A stretch of DNA of 30,672 bases, from contig DATDYW010000056.1 of assembly GCA_036516995.1 (NCBI GenBank), positions 1-30,672 of the forward strand, given 5' to 3'. The notes under the pieces were generated by a model that worked only from the letters and a program-made list of their open reading frames with translations, was not told the origin of the DNA and searched no databases. Each line of letters begins with the position of its first letter. The stretch's first letter is position 1. Of this stretch, positions 23,881 through 30,672 are shown one piece after another. Position numbers and translations under genes: made by a program. The stretch comes from Minisyncoccota bacterium. Its GTDB lineage: Bacteria; Patescibacteriota; Minisyncoccia; Phycocordibacterales; JAACPR01.

Positions 23881-24429
23881 ATGGCCAAGCAGCAGGCGAG
23901 CACCGAGCGGAACTGGTACGCGATTCACACCTACTCGGGCTACGAGAGCGCCGTCGCCAAGAACCTGATGCAGCGCATCGAGTCGCTGGGTATGGAGGAC
24001 AAAATTTTCCACGTCATCGTGCCCGTCGAGAAGAAAATCAAGGTCAAGGGCAGCCGCCGCGTCGAGACGGAGGAGAAAATTTACCCGGGCTACGTGCTCG
24101 TGGACATGGTCGTCACCGACGACTCCTGGTTCGTCGTTCGCAACACCCCGCGCGTCACCGGCTTCGTCGGCTCCGGCACCGTGCCCGTGCCGCTCTCGAA
24201 GTCCGAGGTCGACCACATCTTCTCGCGAATGAAGACCGAGACCGGCGCCAAGCACACCATCGACGTTGATGAGGGCGATGCCGTTACCGTTATCGATGGA
24301 CCGTTCAAGGAGCTGGAAGGCAAAGTCGAAAAAGTTGATACCGAGCGCGGCAAGCTGCGCGTGCTGGTTTCGATGTTCGGCCGCGAGACTCCCATTGAAC
24401 TCGATTACCTTCAGGTAAAGAAGATTTAG
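23881..24429 (+). CDS. nusG: Transcription termination/antitermination factor NusG
   Basis: WYAIHTYSGYE, IYPGYVLVDM, VRNTPRVTGFVG, KOW motif VIDGPF, VSMFGRETP. Confidence 0.98.
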   Translation: MAKQQASTERNWYAIHTYSGYESAVAKNLMQRIESLGMEDKIFHVIVPVEKKIKVKGSRRVETEEKIYPGYVLVDMVVTDDSWFVVRNTPRVTGFVGSGTVPVPLSKSEVDHIFSRMKTETGAKHTIDVDEGDAVTVIDGPFKELEGKVEKVDTERGKLRVLVSMFGRETPIELDYLQVKKI

Positions 24430-24432
24430 GTT

Positions 24433-24506
24433 CTAGCCCGCAAACCAACACCGAGTGTTAAAGGCCCTAAACACTCGGTGTTGGTTTGCGGGCTAGTGGT
24501 GACTCG
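24433..24506. repeat. 27-bp perfect hairpin followed by TGGTGACTCG
   Basis: CTAGCCCGCAAACCAACACCGAGTGTT (24433-24459) / AACACTCGGTGTTGGTTTGCGGGCTAG (24470-24496). Confidence 0.85.
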
Positions 24507-24555
24507 GGTTGCGCAAACAGACGCATTTAGGTAAGGTGCGCGGGCTAAAACAACT

Positions 24556-24978
24556 ATGGCCAAGAAAATCACCAAGGTAGTGAAGCTCCAGATTCCGGGC
24601 GGCAAGGCCACCCCGGCCCCGCCGCTCGGCCCTGCGCTGGGTCAGGCCGGCATCAACATCGGCGAGTTCACCAAGAAGTTCAACGACGAGACGAAGGACC
24701 GCGTGGGCGAAATCGTACCGGTGGTTATCTCTGTTTTTGAAGACCGCAGCTACGCCGTGAAGTACAAGACCTCGCCCGCCTCGGCGCTCGTCATCAAGGC
24801 CATCGGCATCGAGAAGGGGAGCGGCAAGAACCGCACCGAGAAGGTCGGCAAAATTTCCAAGGCGCAGATCAAGGAAATCGCGGAGAAGAAGATGGCGGAT
24901 CTCAACGCTGCCTCTATCGAAGCTGCTATGCGCATCATCGAAGGAACCTGCCGCTCGATGGGCGTGGAGGTTAAGTAG
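24556..24978 (+). CDS. rplK: 50S ribosomal protein L11
   Basis: [30 protein letters not shown]...GTCRSMG. Confidence 0.98.
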   Translation: MAKKITKVVKLQIPGGKATPAPPLGPALGQAGINIGEFTKKFNDETKDRVGEIVPVVISVFEDRSYAVKYKTSPASALVIKAIGIEKGSGKNRTEKVGKISKAQIKEIAEKKMADLNAASIEAAMRIIEGTCRSMGVEVK

Positions 24979-24997
24979 ATTTAAAGTAGGAGATACA

Positions 24998-25111
24998 CGG
25001 GAGGCTCCATTCGGGCCGCAAACCGTGCCGCTACGCCTCGGAGTACATTCGTACACCGTCGGCTAGGCGTCAGCGGTTTTCGGCGCCGACTGTCGCCTCC
25101 GAGGTGATTCG
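24998..25111 (+). repeat. Structured palindromic repeat SR-C
   Basis: CGGGAGGCTCCATTCG...GAGGTGATTCG, 19 nt after the rplK stop. Confidence 0.88.
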
Positions 25112-25124
25112 AGAATTTGTGTCA

Positions 25125-25156
25125 GGCGCGGCCCGGCTCTGCCGGGCCGCGCCTTT
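25125..25156 (+). terminator. Intrinsic terminator closing the secE-nusG-rplK unit
   Basis: GGCGCGGCCCGGC-TCT-GCCGGGCCGCGCC-TTT. Confidence 0.75.
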
Positions 25157-25194
25157 GACTTTTACGCTACAGGTTGTATAATGCCATTCAAACT

Positions 25195-25662
25195 GTGAAC
25201 ACCGTCAAACCATTTTCAATTCACACCACGTTCCGCGCCAACGGGGAGACCTGGGTGGCCAGGACGTTCGCCGAGGTCCGGGTAATCTTTCCGGTCGGCG
25301 GCCGGGTTCGCCGGGCTCGCGACATTGAGCGCGGCATCCGCCGCGCGATTGCGACGCTCCGCCTGACGGTCGGGGTCCCCGACCGGGTGACCTCGACCTG
25401 CCTCATTGTCCTGGCGCCGAACCAGCTCGGCCACCTCAACTTCGAGAGAGCCGAGGAGATGGCCGTTTCCGCCGTGAGGCACGGCTGCGACGTCCGCGTC
25501 GTGGTCGGCAGCCGCGGCCTCGGCGCGACGGAGCTCAAGAGGCTGGCCAGCCGGCTCCGCGTCGGCGAGAGCCGGATTCTGGCCCTGTCCGAGGAAACTC
25601 CCGGCATTCCCGAAGCTGCGGCCGAGCTCGTGGCCAGGCACTGGCGCGCGGCTGCCGCCTGA
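25195..25662 (+). CDS. Hypothetical alpha/beta protein (possibly vWA-like, partial)
   Basis: The track TTG start overlaps a TTGACT-16-TATAAT promoter, so GTG 25195 is preferred; CLIVLAP and CDVRVVVG strands alternate with helices. Confidence 0.6.
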   Translation: MNTVKPFSIHTTFRANGETWVARTFAEVRVIFPVGGRVRRARDIERGIRRAIATLRLTVGVPDRVTSTCLIVLAPNQLGHLNFERAEEMAVSAVRHGCDVRVVVGSRGLGATELKRLASRLRVGESRILALSEETPGIPEAAAELVARHWRAAAA

Positions 25663-25722
25663 TGCACCGAGAACAGCTCAAGGCTCGCTCCACCCGGGGC
25701 GAGCCTTTTCCTTTGCCCGCTG

Positions 25723-26430
25723 CTACCGGCGAGGTTTTCTTTTTCTGACGGCCTTTTTTGCCCGCGCGTCACGGTCCGTATCGAGCCGCGGCAGCATCGC
25801 GGAGGGTTTCCAAGTTTTCTGTAGCACCGCGAGGTTCGACGACGGGTTGTACTTGCCCGTCTTGGAGTAGTCGGCGCCGGCGATCGGCCCGGTCTCGAAG
25901 AACACCATCTGGGCGATGCGGCGACCAACCACAAGGGGGATTGAGTAGTGAGAGGAATTGTTTGTGACCTCCATCGTCCAGCGGTTGATGTAGCCGACGT
26001 CGCCCCAGCCGGCGCATTTACAGACTTCAATGAACGAACGGCCGAGCGATGAGCGCGCCTTCATCATTGTGGTGATGTGCTTTCGTCCGCCAATGAATTC
26101 GTTTGTGTGAGCGAGCACCGTCTCGCCTGGCGCGAGCAAAATTACGAGGTCGTCCGGCGAAATTCCTTTCCACTCGAAATTTACTTTTTTAAAAACTTCA
26201 CGCGCCGGAATAGCCCGCTCCGGTTTTGTGCCCCAAACATGATCGATGTGGTCCTTGTTCCAAATGTTGTAGATCTTGTGGTGGTAGAGAGAAGGCACTT
26301 GCTCGCGGAAGTACCACTCGCCGAGCGTCAGGTCGTAGCTCGAGGTGGCGAGGTTGCGGCGATCGAACGGCGAAATGACGATGTCGCCCTTTCTCATTTC
26401 CTCGAGAATTTTGCGGTCGGATAAGGCCAT
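25723..26430 (-). CDS. dcd: dCTP deaminase
   Basis: MALSDRKI, SSYDLTLG, ETVLAHTNE, ARSSLGR, GYINRWTMEVTN, IAQMVF. Confidence 0.92.
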   Translation of the reverse strand: MALSDRKILEEMRKGDIVISPFDRRNLATSSYDLTLGEWYFREQVPSLYHHKIYNIWNKDHIDHVWGTKPERAIPAREVFKKVNFEWKGISPDDLVILLAPGETVLAHTNEFIGGRKHITTMMKARSSLGRSFIEVCKCAGWGDVGYINRWTMEVTNNSSHYSIPLVVGRRIAQMVFFETGPIAGADYSKTGKYNPSSNLAVLQKTWKPSAMLPRLDTDRDARAKKAVRKRKPRR

Positions 26431-26475
26431 AGCGGGCGGATTCTAGCACTAACGGAAAAGCCGCCGGGTAGGCGG

Positions 26476-27006
26476 CTAGGAACCCCTGCGCCAGGTCTGG
26501 GTGATGAACTGGCAGCGGAGGCCGGTGGCTGGGTCGAGGTGGTCGTCGAGGCGCACCTGCTCCCAGGTGCTCTCGTCGTAGGCCGGGAAGAACGTGTCGC
26601 AGGGGACGCGGGCGTGCACCAGGGTCAGGTACATCGTGTCGACGACGCGCAGCGCAATCTTGTAGACCTCCGCCCCGCCGATCACGAAGGCGCGACCGGC
26701 GTCGGCTGCGGCGATCTCGGCGAGGCTCTGCGCGAGCGAGCTGCGGAACCAGAGGTTCGGCCGGTTGGGGCCGGGCGGCTGCTGGCGCGAGAGCACAACG
26801 TTGAGCCGGTTGGGGAGGGGCTTGCCGCCGAGCGACTCGAACGTCTTCCTCCCCATCACCACCGCGTTTCCCGTCGTGAGCAGGCGGAACCGCCGCATGT
26901 CCTCCGGGATGCGCCAGGGGAGCTTGCCGGCAACGCCAATGCCGAGGTCGAGCTGGTAGGCGACGACGATAGCTGGGCCTGGGGGTTTTTCAGTTTGCGA
27001 GTTCAT
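26476..27006 (-). CDS. folA: Dihydrofolate reductase
   Basis: IGVAGKLPW, EDMRRFRLLTTG, VMGRKTFES, PLPNRLNVVLS, FVIGGAEVY, CDTFFP; ATG 27006 within track ORF 26476..27834. Confidence 0.95.
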   Translation of the reverse strand: MNSQTEKPPGPAIVVAYQLDLGIGVAGKLPWRIPEDMRRFRLLTTGNAVVMGRKTFESLGGKPLPNRLNVVLSRQQPPGPNRPNLWFRSSLAQSLAEIAAADAGRAFVIGGAEVYKIALRVVDTMYLTLVHARVPCDTFFPAYDESTWEQVRLDDHLDPATGLRCQFITQTWRRGS

Positions 27007-27062
27007 TTGGCCCGAATCTACACGTCGCAAAGGAAAACGCCACTCCTCGGAGTGGCGGGCGG

Positions 27063-28004
27063 CTAAACCGCGACGTGGGCCTTGAGGGCCGGGTGCGGGT
27101 CGTAGCCGACGAGCTCGATGCCGTGCTCGTCGAAGGCGAAGATGTCCTGCACGTTCGGGTTGAGCCTGACGGCGGGAAGCTGCCTGGGCACCCGCGTCAG
27201 CTGCTCTTCCGCCTGCGCCACGCAGTTCTCGTAGACGTGCGTGTCGCCACCCGTCCAGACGAACTCGCCGGCCGTGTTGCCCGTCACCTGCGCGACCATC
27301 AGCGTCAGCAGCGCGTAGGACGCGACGTTGAACGGCACGCCGAGGAAGAAGTCGCAGCTGCGCTGGTAGAGCTGGCACGAGAGCACGCCGTCCGCGACGA
27401 AGAACTGGAACAGGCAGTGGCAGGGCGGGAGCCCGGAGACGTCCATCTCCTCGATGTCGGCGACGTTCCAGGCGGAGACAACGTGCCGACGGCCGTTCGG
27501 GTTCTTCCGGATGCCGTCGACGAGGCGGGAAATCTGATCGATTTCGCCGCCTTTGCCGTCGGGCCAGTGTCGCCACTGGTGGCCGTAGACCGGCCCGCAG
27601 CCGCCCCACGTCGTGGCGAAGTTGCGGTCGCCGAGCACGAGCGCGGCGAAGCGTTTCGTCTCGGCTTTCCATAGCTCGGGCGCGGCCTTCTGGTCCGGGA
27701 TTGGCTGACCCGTTTCCTGCAGCCAGTGGCGGCAGGGCCAGTCGGTCCAGATGGGGTTTCCCCGCTCCAGGAGGTAGCGGATGTTGGTGTCGCCGCGGAG
27801 AATCCAGAGGAGCTCCGTGACGATGCTGCGCCACGGCACTTTCTTGGTGGTGACGAGCGGGAAGCCTCGGCGGAGGTCGAACCGCATCTGCGGCCCGAAA
27901 ATTTTGCGGGCGGAGAACGCCGTGCGGTTGCCCGTCACGGTGCCCGTCTCGAGAATTTGCCGGAGCACCCGTAGGTACTCGTTTTCATTTTCAGATGTTT
28001 GCAT
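27063..28004 (-). CDS. thyA: Thymidylate synthase (ThyA)
   Basis: [32 protein letters not shown] catalytic Cys, [14 protein letters not shown]. Confidence 0.97.
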   Translation of the reverse strand: MQTSENENEYLRVLRQILETGTVTGNRTAFSARKIFGPQMRFDLRRGFPLVTTKKVPWRSIVTELLWILRGDTNIRYLLERGNPIWTDWPCRHWLQETGQPIPDQKAAPELWKAETKRFAALVLGDRNFATTWGGCGPVYGHQWRHWPDGKGGEIDQISRLVDGIRKNPNGRRHVVSAWNVADIEEMDVSGLPPCHCLFQFFVADGVLSCQLYQRSCDFFLGVPFNVASYALLTLMVAQVTGNTAGEFVWTGGDTHVYENCVAQAEEQLTRVPRQLPAVRLNPNVQDIFAFDEHGIELVGYDPHPALKAHVAV

Positions 28005-28086
28005 TTGGCGGCATTCTGCAGCTTTGGGCGGGCGGCGCAAGTGCCCCGCTTTTCCTTTTCAGCCGCGGTGCTACCCTTGCCGCCAA

Positions 28087-28746
28087 ATGAGCACCGTTCA
28101 CCAGCAATCACCGCAGAAGGGCCTCTACGTCGCCATCGAGGGCATCGACGGCTGCGGCAAGAGCACCGTCGCTCCCGTAGCAGCCGAGGAGCTCAAGGCG
28201 TACCTCACGCGCGAGCCCGGCGACTCGCCGCTCGCTGCCGCCGTGCGCGAGGTCCTGCTCAGAGACGAGGGCGTCACTGATCCGATGGCAGAGTTCTCGC
28301 TCTTCTGGGGAGCGCGCTTCGCGCTCGTCTCGAGCAGGATTGTGCCGCAGCTCGACGCCGGTCGTCACGTCGTTTCAGATCGTGCCGACGCTTCCACCTA
28401 CGCCTACCAGCTCTGCGGCCGTCAGCTCGGGGAAATGGTTCCGAGCGCGTACGAGGCCTTCTGGGCGATGCGCCGCTGCCTGCCGAAGCGCCCCGACCTC
28501 TACGTCTACCTCGACCTGCCGCCCGAGCTCGCCGCCGAGCGGCGCGCCAAGGCCAACCGCCAGCACGAGACGAACCACTTCGACCGCGAGTCGCAAGCCT
28601 TCTTCCAGTGTTTGCGCGCCGGCTACGAGAAGTTCTTCGCGAACGTGCCGGAGAAGCTCGTTCGAATTGACGCGACGGCGCCTATCCCCGAGGTTGCCGC
28701 CGCCATCGTCGCGGCCGTCCGCGAGCACCAGCCCGCCCTGATCTAG
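28087..28746 (+). CDS. tmk: Thymidylate kinase
   Basis: YVAIEGIDGCGKST P-loop, TREPG, VVSDRADASTYAYQ, PDLYVYLDLPP, YEK. Confidence 0.93.
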   Translation: MSTVHQQSPQKGLYVAIEGIDGCGKSTVAPVAAEELKAYLTREPGDSPLAAAVREVLLRDEGVTDPMAEFSLFWGARFALVSSRIVPQLDAGRHVVSDRADASTYAYQLCGRQLGEMVPSAYEAFWAMRRCLPKRPDLYVYLDLPPELAAERRAKANRQHETNHFDRESQAFFQCLRAGYEKFFANVPEKLVRIDATAPIPEVAAAIVAAVREHQPALI

Positions 28747-28768
28747 GGCGGGTTTTCCGCTTCAGAGC

Positions 28769-28796
28769 TTGACAAATATTGATTTTTTGATAAAAT
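28769..28796 (+). promoter_or_regulatory. Sigma70-type promoter
   Basis: TTGACA, 16 nt ending in TGA, then TAAAAT, 9 nt before ATG 28806. Confidence 0.65.
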
Positions 28797-28805
28797 GCCG
28801 GGCAA

Positions 28806-29621
28806 ATGAAAATTTATACCCTCAATCCAGGCCCGCTCACCCGGGCATTCCTGCAGGTCTTCGGTCTCTCGTCCGACCAGCGCGAGGTGGCCACTCCCGA
28901 GGAGGCCGACATCGTGCTCGTCACGGGCACGCAGGTGCTCCGCGACGCGTTCCAGCGTCACGGCGGCAAGTTCTTCGCCGTGCTGAGCGCGGCGAAGACG
29001 GATCTGCAGCCGGCGCAGCCCGAGAACGTTTTCGTGATGGACAGTCTCAACCTCTTCAAGGAAGAGCGGGGCGTCAGCGCCATGCTGGCTTGCCACAAAG
29101 CTTGGTCGGCCAAGCGCGCGACGGTCGCCGCGGAAACCACGCTCCCGGTTCCCTCGGACCTCGCGAAGCTCTCGCGTAGCTACATGGTTCTGGTTGTGGA
29201 CGACAGCGTCCAAAACCTTAGCCTCGCGGCCATGGTCCTGCCGGGGCAGAAGATTGCAGTCGCGCAGAACCTGGCGGACGCACTTCGGTTGCTCTCCCTC
29301 GGTGGCGACAAGTTCGATGCGGTTCTCACCGATCTGAACATGCCGCCCGACAAGGCATACCCCGCACTCAATCTCGAACGCTACGGCGTGACAGATACCG
29401 TGCCGGCGGGCATCGCCCTGATGCTCGAGGCCACCGCCCGCGGCATCCCAGTCGCGATCGTGACCGACGCGAACCACCACCAGGACTTCTTCTCGGCGAT
29501 GTTCGATTGCGTGAAGGGGGCAGAGGTGAACGGCCAGAAGGTGCTGTTCCGTGGGGATTCCGGCAAACGCTGGGATCGGGCGCTCCAGGCGCTGCTCGAG
29601 CCGGACGCGCCGGGCGAGTAA
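28806..29621 (+). CDS. Receiver (response-regulator-like) domain protein without an output domain
   Basis: VLVVDD acidic pocket, FDAVLTDLNMP (phospho-acceptor Asp position), IPVAIVT; an N-terminal ~120-aa alpha/beta domain. Confidence 0.78.
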   Translation: MKIYTLNPGPLTRAFLQVFGLSSDQREVATPEEADIVLVTGTQVLRDAFQRHGGKFFAVLSAAKTDLQPAQPENVFVMDSLNLFKEERGVSAMLACHKAWSAKRATVAAETTLPVPSDLAKLSRSYMVLVVDDSVQNLSLAAMVLPGQKIAVAQNLADALRLLSLGGDKFDAVLTDLNMPPDKAYPALNLERYGVTDTVPAGIALMLEATARGIPVAIVTDANHHQDFFSAMFDCVKGAEVNGQKVLFRGDSGKRWDRALQALLEPDAPGE

Positions 29622-29734
29622 AGGGAGACAGGTTATGTAAGGCCCGCGGCGCTTCGCCGCGGGCCTTTTTCTTTATCAGCCCTATACCCCCTGTTTACAA
29701 CCATTTTATCAGCTGGGCGTAGAATGTCCCCGCC

Positions 29735-30169
29735 ATGCTCACGAAGTCCGATCTCAAAGCCGTCGGTGCGCTCTTTGATGAGCGTGTTGGAAAGGCTATC
29801 GATAAGCGCGTACCGCCCATCGTCGAACGCACTATAAATAAACTAGTTCCTCCTATTGTTGAGCGAATATCAACACGTGTAGTCGAAGAGAGAGTAGACG
29901 TACTCCTAGAGGCAATTGCTGGAGGATTTGCTGATGTTGGTCGACGCTTCAATTTAGTTGACGCCCGCTTCGATCGTCTTGAGGAGCAAGTTGATCGTAT
30001 TGAGGCTGATTTAGAGGAAGTAAAAACTCGTGTCGCGCGTATTGAGGTAACGTTGGAAAAACACGACGGCCGCCTCTCGGCCCTTGAGAGTCTCTGGCGA
30101 AGCCACGACGGCCGCCTAGCGTCGCTCGAAGGTCTCTGGCGTGACCACTTTCCTGTTGCAGCAGCCTAG
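29735..30169 (+). CDS. Coiled-coil repeat protein (144 aa)
   Basis: VPPIVER x2, heptad region FDRLEEQVDRIEADLEEVK, HDGRL..LE.LWR x2. Confidence 0.75.
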   Translation: MLTKSDLKAVGALFDERVGKAIDKRVPPIVERTINKLVPPIVERISTRVVEERVDVLLEAIAGGFADVGRRFNLVDARFDRLEEQVDRIEADLEEVKTRVARIEVTLEKHDGRLSALESLWRSHDGRLASLEGLWRDHFPVAAA

Positions 30170-30271
30170 CGTTGCACGATAAGCCTACCCCTGCTAGATT
30201 GCTCCCGCCCAGCGCGGGCGTTTTGTTTAGCCCCGGCCACCCGCTCGCGCGGCTCACGCACCGATTCACGA

Positions 30272-30672
30272 ATGAACCGCGACTACCCGCTCGAGCGCGT
30301 CCGCAACTTCGGCATCATCGCGCACATCGACGCCGGCAAGACCACCGTCTCCGAGCGCATCCTCTACTACACCGGAGAGAGCCACAAAATCGGCGAGGTG
30401 CACGAGGGCGAGGCCACGACCGACTGGATGGAGCAGGAGAAGGAGCGCGGCATCACCATCACCGCCGCCGCCATCACCTGCTTCTGGAACCCGACCTACA
30501 TGGGGGCGGACCAGTCGCTGAAGCAGCGCTTCAACATCATCGACACCCCGGGGCACATCGACTTCACCATCGAGGTGCAGCGCTCGCTGCGCGTTCTCGA
30601 CGGCGGCATCGTCGTCTTTGACGGCGTGGCCGGCGTGGAGCCGCAGTCAGAGACGGTGTGGCGCCAGGCCGA
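30272..30672 (+). CDS. fusA: Elongation factor G, 3'-truncated at the window edge
   Basis: [35 protein letters not shown]...[13 protein letters not shown]...[23 protein letters not shown]; not in the ORF track because no stop codon is reached. Confidence 0.97.
   Translation, partial: MNRDYPLERVRNFGIIAHIDAGKTTVSERILYYTGESHKIGEVHEGEATTDWMEQEKERGITITAAAITCFWNPTYMGADQSLKQRFNIIDTPGHIDFTIEVQRSLRVLDGGIVVFDGVAGVEPQSETVWRQA

Noticed and set aside
1-30672. Integrase, transposase, reverse transcriptase or prophage genes
   Set aside because: No ORF shows recognisable tyrosine/serine recombinase, DDE, HUH, RT or phage structural motifs; any mobilising enzyme for the repeats must be outside the window.
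1-30672. Alternative genetic code (TGA as Gly, code 25)
   Set aside because: TGA ends the GNAT, NUDIX-NDT and nrdB genes at sensible positions, and no conserved gene is interrupted by an in-frame TGA.

Overview
GC-rich bacterial window using genetic code 11 (TGA ends several genes). The gene families and promoter style suggest Patescibacteria/Parcubacteria (CPR); this is an inference. Core genes: tRNA-Leu(GAG), tRNA-His(GTG), tyrS, class I nrdA/nrdB (the beta subunit has class Ic-type substitutions), a DsbA-family protein, SIMPL, secE-nusG-rplK with no rplA after it, dcd-folA-thyA/tmk and the 5' end of a stand-alone fusA. Many small membrane, secreted and hypothetical proteins lie between them. 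The most unusual content is non-coding. (1) Each tRNA is followed by the same ~133-nt structured core, bracketed by inverted copies of that particular tRNA's own T-arm/acceptor sequence. (2) Downstream of tRNA-His, accessory genes (GNAT, TrmB-like, ThiH/HydG-like radical SAM, Fic) are separated by three direct repeats that keep a peptide-like reading frame on the minus strand. (3) A separate ~115-nt covarying palindromic element occurs three times at gene 3' ends. It shares a GTGAYTCG end motif with other inverted-repeat structures. No integrase, transposase or CRISPR array is visible. All coordinates, alignments and pairings were read by eye. Many start codons were moved downstream of the ORF-track starts, based on extended -10 promoter positions.
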